From the NCBI GenBank assembly GCA_013265495.1, contig MU057711.1, forward strand, positions 434,001-498,000: 64,000 nucleotides of DNA. Reading direction: 5' to 3'. The notes below the pieces were generated by a model. It did no database searches and was not told the DNA's origin. It saw only the letters and a list, made by a program, of their open reading frames with translations. Numbering within the stretch: the stretch's first letter is position 1; the number at the start of each line of letters is the position of its first letter. Positions 1 through 13,014 of this stretch are shown here, in pieces. Source of the DNA: Vicugna vicugna (taxonomy: Eukaryota). The translations under genes and the position numbers were made by a program.

Positions 1-2310
1 CGGACACAGTAAAAATCCCAAATGGCTAAAGATTGAGACACATGGGGTTAGTCTTTGGCCTCACCCTTGGGTAAAATTATAGACTGATGTTCCCAATGAC
101 CCTTGGAGAATATTTTCCGTGATTCATCCTATTTTTCAGTCTTCACCAGCAGAAGGGACGGGGTGAGCTGGGGAGAAAGATAAAGGTGTCCTCACTGTGT
201 CTCCACCCGTCTCTGGAGATGCTGTCTGATTTTGTTCCAAGTGAGGGCTGATGAGCCATTCTCTCCGAGAACATCAATGAGTTCCTTTCAGAGCCAAGCT
301 CATCAGCATTTCTGGTGATTGTGCATTGTGGTGTCTGCAAACAAGTGATCTATATTCCACAGGCCTCTCCACCAAGATGTTTGTAAGAGCCAGTTAAAAA
401 GATGGGCTTTGGCTGGCTTCCAAGTCATGAAGACGTAAGTCCTCTTTTGAAAATGTTATTTATGCCTAAAGCTGACCTCATAGAATGGAGTGGGTGGGGG
501 CAGGTGGCCACCAGGAGGGATGGGGCGGCAGGGGGAGGCAGCGTGAGATGGGGGCAGGAGGTAGTGGTGGGGTTTTTTTTTGTGTTACAGAAAGATTCTT
601 TGACTTACAAAAGGATTAATCACAGGTCTCCTTTTAAACTGAAAGTTTCATGCATTTTAAAAGAGGATTTGATTTACAAGAAACTTTTCAGGAACACAGC
701 TGCTGGGCAAAACAAGCTATTTCCACTGACTTGAAATCCGTTTTATGAGCCAGGAGTCTGGGGTGTTAGGGGGAGTGATAAAACTCCTTTAGTTTTTAAT
801 TGATGAGTGATATTGACTAGCACAGTTAGAGGCCTGGGTATTGGGCCTGGGCCAGTGTGTTTCTGTAGTAAATACGTGTGAATGTGCTGAGTGCTTGAGT
901 ATTGATTCATTTATGTACCTGTTTGGGTTTTGCTTTTCGAGGCTTTGTACTTTGCAGCTTTCTAGCCAAGCTGGCTTTCACAGAAGCCCGTGTTAGAATG
1001 TACAGCCTAAATCATCTGGCCCATAGCCTCTGGGGAGGGGGCCTGGCCAGACTGCAAGGACTGGACTAAAAGAGGAAAAGAGGGGAGAGGGGGAGCCCGG
1101 GAGGTGAGAGGGCTGCACAAGTGAGGAGATGCCATCTTTGTCTTGGAAACAAACCTCAGGGAATCTTCCAAGCCCCTCCCCTGCCCCATGCAGATTGCTA
1201 ATAGCTATCTCCCTCCCAACTGTCCCACTCCATTGAGTTTTTATTATCACCTCTGTCTTGTGGAAATTCCACACAAGCCCTGGGGTCTTTAAATGATTCC
1301 TGCTCCCTGCTGCCCTGGTACAATAGCAGAGCATCAGGCTGAGAGCTTCCAGAAAGAGAGAGTGCCCTCCTGCTGAGCTTCACTCAGATCGCAACCAGGC
1401 GAAGAAAACCCTAAGAGGCCTTTGTTCCACAGGTTCTAAGACCCACCTTGAACGCTGTCCATGGGATTTCATCCTGGAGCTGGCAAAATAAGGGTACCAC
1501 TCGTGAAAAAGAGCTGCTGCTCTCAGATGGTAAAGATATGAGAAAGTTAGTTATCAGTGGCTAATGCTTACTGAGGATCAAAGAGGTGGAAAATTGCATT
1601 GTAGTTTGTATAATTAGGGGGAGAAAAAAACCCATGCAGAGTGACCTCAGGGAGCTTGCAATCCATCAGGAGAGAAAGGACAGAGTGGCTGGTACATTGC
1701 TCTGCCTGAGGAGAGCATCCCCGCTCAGCAGACCCACCTCCCCTCCCTCGACTGTGTGGCTCTCGGTGACTCGCTTTAGCTGATGAAACGTGAAGATGCC
1801 TCAGAGACACAGCTGTGCTTTGCTGGACTCTCTCCCTTCCTTCAGGCAAGCGTAGTGGTTCTCTGTCAACTGGGCTCTGAGTGAGAACAACAAAGATGCC
1901 AATGTCGGTGGCAAAGCCCCCATCTAACCTGTGGGGCCCAGCAGCAGGACCAGGAGACTCATCTTAAGCCCTGAATTTGAATGATGTTTGCGTACCACAG
2001 CGTAAGCTAGCCCCTGACTCACACTCTGCCTCAATTCTGAGTAGCTGCAAAGAAGCTTACACGGCTCTTAACTAACTAATGTTAACTTATCCTCATATCA
2101 CATGAAGTACCTGATAAATGCTTAGGAAATCAATATATGTGCACAGAATTTGGGAAAACAAAAGGACCCTTGAGATTTGTCCAACGCAGGTATTTTACCT
2201 TTGACATTCTGCTATATTTGCTTGTTAACATCTCTCTCCATCTGCTCCTGTGTCCATCCATCACCCCACTGGGGGCTGATGCATTTAAAGTAAGTTTCCC
2301 CTGCAGTGCT

Positions 2311-2675
2311 TTTATTTATATATATATTTATTTTTGTTTTATAATCTTGTTTTTATTGAAGTATGGTTGACGTACAATATTATTTAAGTTACAAGTGTAC
2401 AGTAAGGTGATTCACACTTTTTAAAGGTTATACTTCATTTACAGTTATTATAAAGTGTTGGCCATATCCCCTGTGTTGTACAATATATATAGTCTATATC
2501 TATCTATATATATACCATGTGTAGTTTAATTTATACCTAATAGCTGGTACCCCTTAATCCCTTACCCCTGTATTGCCCACCCCCATCCCCTCTCCCTGTT
2601 GGTAACCACTAGTTCTCTGTATCTGTGCGTCTGCTTCTTTTTTGTTATATTTTATTATATCAGAAAAAGGAAGGA
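2311..2675 (-). mobile_element. 5'-truncated LINE-1 3' UTR insertion with TSD
   Basis: T-rich tail at 2311-2355, then L1 3'-end text (ttattgaagtatggttgacgtacaat...ggtaaccactagtt). Flanking direct repeat ctgcagtgct(t/c)tt at 2301 and 2676; minus-strand target tt/aaga. Confidence 0.85.
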
Positions 2676-3804
2676 CTGCAGTGCTCTTAAATGATTACCT
2701 TTTATGTTACTCACTTTGGACTGGATGGGACAATTGTACTGTTGACTTCATTTAGTTGAGGCTTAAATGATATAAGAACTATTCAAAAAGCTAAAAGCAG
2801 CATTCAAGGATGCTCAGGTGTTAAGTGTTTACTGAGAACGTTAGGGAAGGACACCATATTCTGTGGGGTCTCGGGGCTCAGTCACGGAGACTAAGATCAA
2901 TCACTGTCTCTGTGTTGGAGGGGCCTGGGGGCTTCACTAAGGGAACAAAGTTTAGGCTTCATTTTATGGTGCTGATACCTGCAATTTTAATGTAGCCTCA
3001 GGATCACCGAAGACCATCTTTGTCAATAGGCACACACACAGACTTGAGCACGTTAGTTTGCTTAGTTCCCTCTCTTCAAACCCCCAAGGTATGCAGTACA
3101 GACACAGAGATCCCTGCTTTCTAAGAGCACAGCGGTACCCACACACGAGCTCATGTTCATTTGAACGCAGCCAGAGTGCTGCACGACAGAGCGTGAAGGA
3201 AATCAGCGATTGGAAAGATGACATGGAGCAGAACGGCTCTTCCAGCTCTGCGTCCTCAAATGCCTTCTGAACCCCGAGGACCAGTTTGGGGAGGTGGGGA
3301 GAAAAATCCTCTCTTTGCCAGCATGGACCAGGGCTGATGAGCAAAGCGTTGAAGGGGCAGAAGAAGCGCCACGCTGGGCTGGTGGTATCCATGGCAACTC
3401 GGGTGCCTGGTGGAGTTAATAACCCTGTTTTTCAGATCTCAGCTGCGCTCCTTTGGTGGGGGAGAAGGGGGCTGTGCTTGACTCCTTTTAAAATTTGTAT
3501 GAATTTCCCAGTTGGTGCATCGTGTCAGAGGTGCCAGTCCCTTCCTCTTACATAATGCGGCAGGGCTGACTCCATGGGGTGCGACAGGCCTGAGAGACCT
3601 GGAGTCCATAAGGGCTTTGGACAGCCTTTGGGGTTCCCTGCAGACACAGAGCAGTGTTTGTTTCAAACAGCCCCTTCCCAACAGATGAAAAAATGGCCTC
3701 CTTTACTACATCCCAAAGTCAAGTCTGCTTTGTGCCAAGTCATCTCCCCCACTCGCCTTCTTCTCCTGGTATCTGGAGTCGTGGCTGCCTGAATGCCCTG
3801 CAGC

Positions 3805-3975
3805 AGTTTAGACTCTGGAGTTGGACAGCTCATGCTCAGAGCCCAGCTCGGCCACTCACAGCTCACTCATCCTCCCCGTGCCTTGGGTTACCCACCTCTA
3901 CAAGCATAAGGACTGGGTTGCCTGGGTAGGATTATCCGTGTCCAGCGTTTAGAACAGTGTCTGGCATATGTTATA
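3805..3975 (+). mobile_element. MIR SINE, degenerate
   Basis: agactctggagttggacag...cccagctcggccactcac...tttagaacagtgtctggcata resembles the MIR consensus. Confidence 0.55.
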
Positions 3976-4295
3976 GTAGGGGAATTCACTGAGGGCTGAG
4001 GCACACCTGGGGGTGAGGTGGGATGTGTGTGTGTGTAGGGGGGTTGTGACTGCAGGTGACACAGTGAGGTGGGGGAGGCTGTCATAGGAAGATGAGCTAA
4101 TGATTCTGTGACTGGAAATAGCTCAAGCTTGTCAATTCCTCCTCACCTCCACCTCCATCCTGCAAACCTCCCCCATCTTAGCAAATGACATATCCACCCA
4201 TCCCATTACCAGAGCCAATAGCCTGGTGGTCACTGGTAACTCCACTCTGTGCCTCCCTTTCCCAGCCAATCACCACATCCCAATCAGCTCTTGGA

Positions 4296-5065
4296 TTATT
4301 AATTGATTCCTTCAGTACATATGAATTGGGCTTCTAGTGTGTGTTAGACATTGTTCTAGGCTCTTAGATATATCAGGTCACAGAGCAGCCCAAACACCCC
4401 TACCTTCATGGAGCTAGATGGGAGAGACAGAAAATAAACACAACAAAGAAGCAATTTCTGTAGTATGGTCAGTGTCCTGCTGCCAAAGACCACACAGATG
4501 TAACTGAGCAAGTTGGGTTTATTGCTCATTGTCCTGAAGGGGATGCCCCATGATTCCCCTGGTGCATTGTCTCTGTCACTGCATCAGGGGTAAACTGAGC
4601 ACACGTCACTGCAGGTGTGTTCCTGGCAGTCTACAGCCGGGGGCACTGACAGTTTATTAGAAGATAAGCCCCATAGAACAAGCAAAGCAAGGTATAGCAG
4701 TGGGAAGCGGGCCTCAGAGATCCTGTAGGGGGAGGAGTCAGTAGCAAGTGGGTGGCCGTGGTCAGCTCCGCTGGGAAGGTAAGATTTGATCAAAAAGGTG
4801 GAGAACAGAGGGCATGCAGGCGGAGGCAGCAGCCTGACAGAAAGCCCTAAGTGGGAGGCGGGCGTTCCAGGCACAGTGAGGCCGGTGGGGCTGGAGCCAC
4901 GTGGCTGGCGGATCACCTGGAATGAGCAGGGAGGTAGCAGACCAGCTCTCCTAAGGCCTTGTGAGGACTTGGGCCTTTACACAGAGGTGAATGGGGAGCC
5001 ACTGGAGGGTCCTGAGCAGACGCATGGTGTGATCTGATTGATGATGTTTCACAGAATCGCTTAGC
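4296..5065 (-). mobile_element. L2 (L2a-like) 3' fragment, interrupted by an LTR-derived insert at 4473-4651
   Basis: gtgttagacattgttctaggc...ttcatggagcta...ggggagccactggagggtcctgagcag...gatctga are typical reverse-strand L2 motifs. Confidence 0.7.
4473..4651. mobile_element. Two ERVL-type LTR 3' ends (MER74/MER76-like) joined in opposite orientation
   Basis: Right arm ends gcaggtgtgttcctggcagtc...gggcactgaca; left arm reverse complement ends gcaataaacccaacttg...gtggtctttggcagcaggaca. Family name from recall. Confidence 0.55.
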
Positions 5066-5189
5066 CTACTGAATTGAGATAAATTGTTGGTGCCGAAGGA
5101 CACGGTGAACGGTGACAGCAGGGAATCCCCCGTTTCCCTCCACTCCCTCCCCCACCCCACTCAGGGTGACCCCCCAGTGCCCTTAGAGA

Positions 5190-5467
5190 GAAAGACGATT
5201 CCCTAACCCAGGTTATGCCGTCCTGCCTGAGCTGCCTTCGCTCCAGGACCACGCTCCTCCCCGTCCTCCTTTCTTGCTCCCTCCCCCACCGGGCACATTT
5301 TGCTCTAGTCACACTGATTTTCTTTGTATTATAAACCCTGTGCTGCAATTGCACATGCTCCCTGAAGTCTTGAGTCCAGGATCAGCCGCCTGTGAGGTGC
5401 TGCCGCCCTCCAGAACACCCCTCCAATGGTCACTCATTCTTCCCCCTCCACCACCGCAACAAACACA

Positions 5468-5506
<39 letters not shown>

Positions 5507-5630
5507 CCTGACTATAACTCCCTACAGGCAGGAACCGTGTCTATCTCACTGGTGTTGTAACTCTGTGCCCAGCACTGTGTCTGGGCTGTAAGATATTCCC
5601 TAATTATTTCAAACGAATAAATGCATGTAT
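5190..5630 (+). mobile_element. L2 3' fragment containing a (CA)n microsatellite
   Basis: Ends gactataactccctacaggcagg...cccagcactgtgtctgg...gaataaatg, the L2 3' terminus. Confidence 0.6.
5463..5504. repeat. (CA)n microsatellite
   Basis: Direct reading. Confidence 0.97.
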
Positions 5631-7439
5631 GTACGAAGGCTCAGGGCCGGCACTTTACGCACTATTTCTAAACTTCACAAGAAGCCTGGGAGGTTTGTAA
5701 ATTATCCTCGCTATACAGAGGATGAAATGGAAGCTGAGAGGCCTTGCCCAGGCCCCTGTCACTAACCTCTCCGAGCTGCACGTTCCTCCTTTGTAAAGCT
5801 GGGGTAACCTTACCAGGCTTCGCAGGGGGCTGGAGGAAAGCCCGGGCCGGGCTGGCCACATCACCACTTGCTTCCTGGCCCTCCCTTCATCCCCGGCCCC
5901 CATCCGGCAATACAGAACCCTGGGGACCTGAAGTCAGAGGGAAGGCTGGTGGCTAGGCTGGGGTGTCAGAGCTTTAGGGGTTCAGAAGCAGCCAGGGCGG
6001 CAGGGAAAGAAGCTGAGAGAAGCAGCAAGAGGCCCTGATCCTGGCAAGATGTGGGTCCCGATGCCCATCAGACCCTCTGAGGATACAGTCACATTTATGG
6101 GGAGCAGTGGGGTGCTGCTGAGTTTGGAGCTCAGCTCCCAACCCGAGGCCCCATCAGAGGTCTGCAGGGCTGGCCAGCTGGGCTCAACTGCACCTCTGGA
6201 GCTGCAGACCCGGGTGACTATTGTGAAGCCCCAGGGAGGCTGGGTAGGTGTCCTGCAGAATTCAGTCCAGCTGGCGCCCTCCTTGCTCGAACTCCCTGTG
6301 ACCTCCTAAAATTCTGCCTCTGCAGGCAAGGCTCCCGGAGTCTCAGCTGGGCATTCTCCCTGTATCTTTCCTCAGGCCCTTCACTCACCCTGGCAAACCC
6401 CCTCCCCACACTGTTCCCACTCTAACGATCATAATCCATCTTACATACGTACACATAAAGATGTTTGCATTTAAAACTCTACTCATCCTAAAAGACCTGG
6501 CTGGAATTGGCCCTCTTCCTGGAACCTCCTTTTGGTTTCTCCGTCCTCTCCATCCGGAGGATTCCTTGCTTCCTCCTCTGGCTGCCTGTCAGCTATTGTT
6601 TGTACCCTTTAGCACTCTGCTCACTCAGCAGGTAAAGTCAAGGAGAAAGCAGCCTGGGTCGGGGGAAGGCAATAGGGACTGAGAGGGACCAGGGCAAACT
6701 GGGGAGCACGTGCCCCACCCCAGAGCGGCAGCCAGTTCTCTCCTCAGTGACTGTCGCCTTGTGGAGCGCGGGCTCAGTGCTGCCACATCTGACACACTTG
6801 GAAACTTGGCATTGATCGTGAAACATCCTGTCTCTTCAATATTGGCAATTAAATCCAATTTAGACAAAAACACCATAAAGGACAAGCAAAAATATGGCTG
6901 GGACCCAACCAGGTCATGACCCTTTTTTCCTTTTTATCTTACCTAAGATGGTGAGGAACTTGAGGGTGAGTCAAACAGGTAGAGCAGAAGTTGAAAACTT
7001 GGACTCAGTCCTCTTTGGGAAAGTTCACCTGGTGAGCTGTGTCTCCTCCTAGTACTTTCGACCAGGTCACTTTCCAGAAGGGGCCCAGGTGGGGCTTAAG
7101 GAACTGGTGCCTGGGGCGCTGAAGTGCCTTCAGGGTCTTCCAGTTGTAACTGGCATCTTAGCTCAGTGCCGGGTACACAGCAGGTGCCTAATAAATGTGT
7201 GTGGAATGGATGCATAATAAATGGGCATTCACTTGTTCTAGAGAAGGAGGGAGACTGGTGCTTTAAAAGGTACAGAGAACTGGGCCCAAATTTTGGTTTC
7301 TCCATTTTTGGGACGCAAAGTTGGGTAAGTTATTTAACTTTTTAATTGTTTCATTGTTTGAAAAGATAAGGTAGTTAGTCTTAGCACATAATAGACAATT
7401 AATAACAGCTATTAAAGCAGGGATTGTGCAGAACGTTAT

Positions 7440-7847
7440 GTGCCCTTAGCCACTTGGTTCCTGGGCAAGTGTGACCCAAGCAGGGCCAATCAGAGTCATG
7501 GTAGACTCCTTTGCTGGGATGATTGCTGGAAATATTGGCAGAGAAAAACTCTCCTTCCTGGGGAGACTAACCTGGCAAGATGTAGGCTTGGAGCTGGAGC
7601 TGCTGGGACCGGTTCTTGTAGCACGTGAAGATAGCCCCCATGGCACAATGGTGGGCACGGAAGAAAGCAGAGACTACATAGAGAAACCCATGTCTGGCAA
7701 TATGTTTTGGACATTTGGATGCAGCTATGCCTGAAGCTGGACTGCCTCTAAGCTCCTCAGTCCCAGGGCCCAATACGTCCCCTTTTTGGCTTAAGCCAAA
7801 TTCAGCTGGGTTTCTGTCATCTGCCCTCCAGAGTTTTGACCAATATA
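7440..7847 (+). mobile_element. MaLR LTR, old MLT1 (MLT1J/K-like)
   Basis: gtgacccaagcagggccaatcagag...cagctatgcctgaagc...gcttaagcca...ctgggtttctgtca...tgaccaatata. Confidence 0.75.
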
Positions 7848-7955
7848 ATCCTCTGTAAGTGAGAAAGGGGACCTGAGGAAGACAATGAGTTATTTCTAAA
7901 TGTATGTGGTTAGTGGGGATTTGGACAGGTGACTTTTGTGTTAATCAGAGGTCTA

Positions 7956-8126
7956 TAAACAAGATTATACGGTATAGCACAGAGAAATATAGACAAGATC
8001 TGGTGGTAGCTCACGGTGAAAAAGTATGTGACAATGAATATATGTACGTTCATGTACAACTGAAAAATTGTGCTCTACACTGGAAACTGACACAACATCG
8101 TAAACTGACTATAACTCAATAAAAAA
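7956..8126 (+). mobile_element. Short young LINE-1 3' end with poly(A) and 13-bp TSD
   Basis: TSD aatcagaggtcta at 7943-7955 and 8127-8139; matches the reverse complement of the L1 tail at 58950-59075. Confidence 0.92.
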
Positions 8127-9799
8127 AATCAGAGGTCTACATTTGTACAGCCGGTTATTTATGGGTGGAACAAAGTGGTTTCTGATGTTTTCATGTGAAG
8201 GGTTAACCCATGACAGCCCGGCCTTCCTGATCAGAGCAGGGGGCAGATGCTGTGAATATGGTGTGTTTGTGAAACTGTTCTTAGAGATTCCTAACTCCAA
8301 ATCCTTAAAAGCAGGAGGATCTCTGTTTTACAAGAGTCATTTAAAACCAGAAGTGACAGAGGACCTCTGATGATGCTTCTACAAGGCTTGGCAGCCCTAG
8401 CTGCTGTCCCGGCCTTGCAGGTCACCCTGAAAGATGGGATCCAAGGTGGACAGGCATCCTTGTCTGTCCTGAGCTGCTCTGATTCCTGATCGACATGCAG
8501 GGTTTCATAGGCCATGACTCCAAGTCAGCCACGAGCGCATGGCAGCTGTTACCCTTGCCTCCAGTGCCCCGGTGTAGTGCTGCAGCTTCTCACCTGCATG
8601 TTTGAACCATTCTCACGTGTCTCTACCCTCGGGCGTTCTCTGCACACCACCATGGGCTCCGCCGAAGGGAGCTAAAATAAGCCCTTGTTTTAGCAGCCCG
8701 CTGGAGCAAGGCTGACACTCTCCTGCAGGAGAATGGGGGTGGGTGGGGGTGGGGGCAGGGCAGGGAGAAAGGAAATCCCTCCCTCCCAAAGAGGACTTGG
8801 CAGAAAGCCTGTTTCAGGCTGTTTTTGACAGTTTCAGGCCAGGAGTCACAGGACTGTAGCTGGAGAAATCGCAAGAAGCACATTTCTGTTATCACATCAA
8901 AATATTCCAGGGAGCCAGGTTGTAGAGGCAAGTTATGTGTCGTCACTGACATCAAAGGAGAAAAAGAAATAACTGGTCTGGCACAGGTGCTGAAGCTCTC
9001 ATCATGGGGAGAAAGACGAACATTTACGGAGCCCCAGCGATAGCAACAGCAAATATTTACTTGGTGCTTTGCAAGTGCACTAAATACTTAATGGGCACAA
9101 ACCCAGTCATCCCTCTGCTCGTCCCTCTGATTATCTTTACACTTATTATCCCAGTTTAAAGGTGAGGCCATGGAGGCTCAGAAGGGCCAGGTGATGTGCC
9201 CCAGGTTCATCACGGTGAGTGGTAGAGGCCGTATTGCCTGGCCCAGAGCCCATGCTCTTCCTCGCAGCGCTGAGAGGCCCTGACTGGAAGTGGGGGGGGG
9301 GCGTCCCTCCTTCCTGCCCCAGGCTCTGTGCTGGGTGAGTCGCACTCAGCGTCTCATTCAAACTTCACAACATCCCCGAAGAGCAGGGGTTATTAGCTCT
9401 GCTTCAGGCATGAGGAAACTGAGGTCCAGAGCTGCTCAAGGTCACCTCACCTATAAACAGCAGGGTCAGTCAAGGTGCTCAGAGACTTTCTGGCTCCAAA
9501 TCCAGAACCAATCCAGTGACTTTTCCATTGGCTTCTACCAATATGGGAAGCAGAAAGGACCAGCTGTTCTGTGAGAGCTGAATTAGATACAGAGACAAGC
9601 AGGAAGCCGGTATCTTTTCTATTTCTTTCTGTTTTTGATCCTTTTCTTAAATGCAGAAAAATATAACAGGTTTTCCTTTTCCGGCACGGTGCTCAGAGCG
9701 GGGCACTCTCTCTGCTGGACTGTCTCACCTGCAAGCGACAGGAACAGACTTGGCCTAGACTGAACTAAAAGGGACTCACTGGAAGGAGACGTGCTTTTT

Positions 9800-10725
9800 A
9801 ATTATTTATTGAAAAGCTATTTATTGAGCATCTAATATGTGCCAGGCACTATTTTAGGTATTGGGATACTTCACAGAAAAAACAAAGTTGCTTAAGCTTA
9901 TAGAGTTGCTCTCTTGTTGGGGAAGGGCTGGTGGGCAGACAGACAGTAAATAATAAAGAAACATAAACTATAGGATGTCTGAGAAGTGATAGGTTATATG
10001 GGAAAAAATGAAAGTAGAGCAAGGCAACGGGATCAAGAGTATTGAGGTGGTACTTTTAACAGGGTGATCACGCCGAGGAGGGGAGGCTTGAAGGAGGCGG
10101 AGGGTGGGGGGCAGACGCATGCCTGCGTGATTCAGGGCAGCTGGCAGGGCCACGAGCTGGAGCAGAGTGAGTTAGGGGGAGAGTGGCCATGGAGGAAGTC
10201 AGAGAGGTAAAAAGGGGCCCCGAATCATGTGGGCTCTGGTTGGCCACGGCGGGGACTTTGGATTTTACTGTGAGTTAAATGGCGAGCCTGGAGGGTCCGA
10301 ACAGAAGTGATTTGCTCTGATTTTCATTTTGGAAGATACACTCTGGCTGTGGGGGGAGTTGGCTGTAGAAGCAAGGAGCCCAATTACGAGGCAGTCACAG
10401 TAAATCCTGCAAGAGAGGATGATGGCCAAGAGGAGGGGAGATGCTGCTTTCTGAGTACACCCGGCAGGGAGACCCAGCACAAGGTCCTCACCTGCTGCAC
10501 GTGGAATGTAAGAGAAAGGCAGGAGTCAGAGGTGACTCCAAGGTTTCCAGCCTGAGTAACTGGAAGAACAGAGTGGCCATCCCACGAGATGAGGAAGACT
10601 ATGGCTAGAGCAGGTTAGGGGAGGATCAGGAGTTAAACTGGATTTGCATTTAAGTGGAGATGTCAAATTGCAGTTGGGTGTATGAGTGGAGTTTAAGAGA
10701 GAAATCTGGTGGAAGATATAAATAG
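9800..10725 (-). mobile_element. L2a 3' fragment
   Basis: ttattgagcatctaatatgtgccaggcact...ggactttggattttactgtgag...gactccaaggtttccagcctgagtaactggaaga. Confidence 0.85.
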
Positions 10726-11557
10726 GTCACAGAATTCGAGTTAATTCTGCAAGAAAAATCTTTGGAAAAGACAGGAACTACGGCAACTTCTCACTAACAG
10801 AACATCAAGGATTTTCCCTAAAGGAAAATTAGGGTGTTCTGAACATAGAAGGTGGAAATGAGGTGGACGCAAGGAATAACCAGAGTGTTCACTGCAGGGA
10901 CATGTGTGGGCATCTCCGATATGTCTTTCCAAGTCTTCCCACTACTGTCAAATGAGGGTAAGTGATGTTCCTGATTGCCTGCTTTCCCATCTGCTTGAAA
11001 AACCTTCATGTCTGGGTGAAGAGTGATGGTATGTTTAGGCTACCTTATTAAGCTCTGTTTATCTCCTAAAAGCAGTCAGCAACCAGTTTAATCAAAGTCA
11101 GAGCAGATGCGATTTGCAACCTACAAAAGTCGTTTTTCATTCTGCTTTCTTGCCCTTCGAGAAACAACCCCTCACCCTGAATCCTGGAGGAAAGGGGGCC
11201 ACTAACAACAGGGGCATCTCAGTCATGGGGAATGGACTGGAAGGGTCCACTCTGCACCCATCCCTGACATTCCACCTCTTCCCTGTCTCCCAGTGCTTTG
11301 AAAATGGAAGGGAAAAGGGAACCCAAAGTAGATGTTCAAAAAAGTCCATAGTTATCTTCTTTCTTCTCTGATGGGAGAGGGGGAAATTTAAATCACAGGA
11401 GAATCAAATCACTGTTTTCCCACCTTGGGACTTCCCACTGGAGATCATCGTAGGTTGGATGGACAGGTCCCACTTCCTTTTTCACCCTTAAGAAAAAGTA
11501 GCGTCTGTGTCTTTCATTTCTATTCACAAATATCTGGGGAAATAAACTCTATCCTGA

Positions 11558-11941
11558 TGTTACTGTTCGAACTCCGTCTCCCACCCTCATTCATATGTTG
11601 AAGTCCTAACCCCCAGTAGCTCAGAATGTGACTGTATTTGAAGACAGGGTCTTCAGAGAGGTGATTAAGTCAAAACGAACTCATTAGGGTGCATACTATT
11701 CCAATATGACTCATGTCCTTATAGGAAGAGGAAATTTGGACGCATATGCACAGAGAGAAGACGTGGGGAAAAGACAGCTACCTCCAAGACAAGGAGAGAG
11801 ATCTCAGAGAGACTCAGGTCTCATCCTGCCGACACCTTGACCTCAAACTTCTACAGCCCAGGACTGTGAGAAAATACATTTGTGCTGTTTAAGCCACCAG
11901 GCTGTGGTGCTTCGTTACGGCAACCCTAACAAGCAAATATG
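11558..11941 (+). mobile_element. MLT1B-like MaLR solo LTR
   Basis: ttcatatgttgaagtcctaacccccagtagctcagaatgtgactgtatttg; perfect 5-bp TSD cctga at 11553-11557 and 11942-11946. Confidence 0.92.
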
Positions 11942-12040
11942 CCTGATTTAAGGGTTAAAGACTCTTTTGACCAAACCCTAAACTTAACTGTTTGCCTTTT
12001 CTTGAGAGATGATCAGGAAGCTTAAAGATTTCCCATGTAG

Positions 12041-12536
12041 ATGAGTTCATTAGTGTCTCTCTCTCTCTCTTTTTTTTTTTAGATTCTACATATGAGTGTT
12101 AGCATATGGTATTTTTCTTTCTCTTTCTGGCTTCCTTCACGTAGAACGATGATCTCCAGATCCATCCCTGTTGCTGCAAATGGCATTATTTTATTCTGTT
12201 TTATGGCTGAGTAGTATTCCATTGTATAAATATATCCCAACTTCCTTGTCCAGCCCTCTGTCAATGGACATTTAGGTTGTTTCTCCATCTTGGCTATTGT
12301 ACATAGTGCTGTCATGAACATTGGGGTGCATGTATATTTTCAAATAAGAGTTCCCTTTGGATATATTCCCAGGAGTGGGATTGCTGGATCATATGCTAAG
12401 TCTATTTTTAGGTTTTTGAGGAATCTCCAAACTGTTTTCCATAATGGCTGCATGTGTATGTACATGTATGTCTGAAATATTATGCTGTACACCAGAAATT
12501 GACACATTGGAACTGACTATACTTCAATTTAAAAAA
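12041..12536 (+). mobile_element. 5'-inverted (twin-primed) LINE-1 insertion
   Basis: 17-bp TSD aaagatttcccatgtag at 12024-12040 and 12537-12553. 12041-12452 is antisense L1 ORF2 end/3' UTR (ORF 12079-12321 ...KQPKCPLT...YTMEYYSAIK); about 12453-12536 is the sense 3' end with A-tail. Confidence 0.92.
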
Positions 12537-13014
12537 AAAGATTTCCCATGTAGTCCTACAACGAAAGACACCCTTCACACCCAGTCGTGTTGGAAAAGAG
12601 AGTAAGAAAGGGTAACAAATTATCAGGAAACATTTGTGACTTTCTGTTTAGACAGTGTTTTCAAGATAATTTCCTCCTAATAGCCTCACTGAAGGAAATA
12701 TTTATAGATATTCCCCGAGTGGGCAAACCCGTGGGACATCTTTGGCAGTGTTTGGACATCTTTGCAGCTCCATGGTAATGTTTCATTTTCCTCCAACAAT
12801 CACCTCATCTACTTTTCTTTAGGAAATGTTTGCTGAGGGAGAGAAAAAAAGTCTTCCTCCTGGAACTAAAATGATTTAGTGTTTGGGATGCAAGCCTATT
12901 AAATGTGACTCTAAGAATAGAGTTAACCTTGGAAATGCTTTTATTTCAAATAGAACACAGCCCTAGGGCGAGAGGGTGACTTACCGCCCCCAGAAATGCT
13001 ATGCTGGTCTACAT

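Noticed and set aside
1452..1470. REST/RE1 site (cgctgtccatgg)
   Set aside because: Only one half-site matches; the tgctgaa half is absent.
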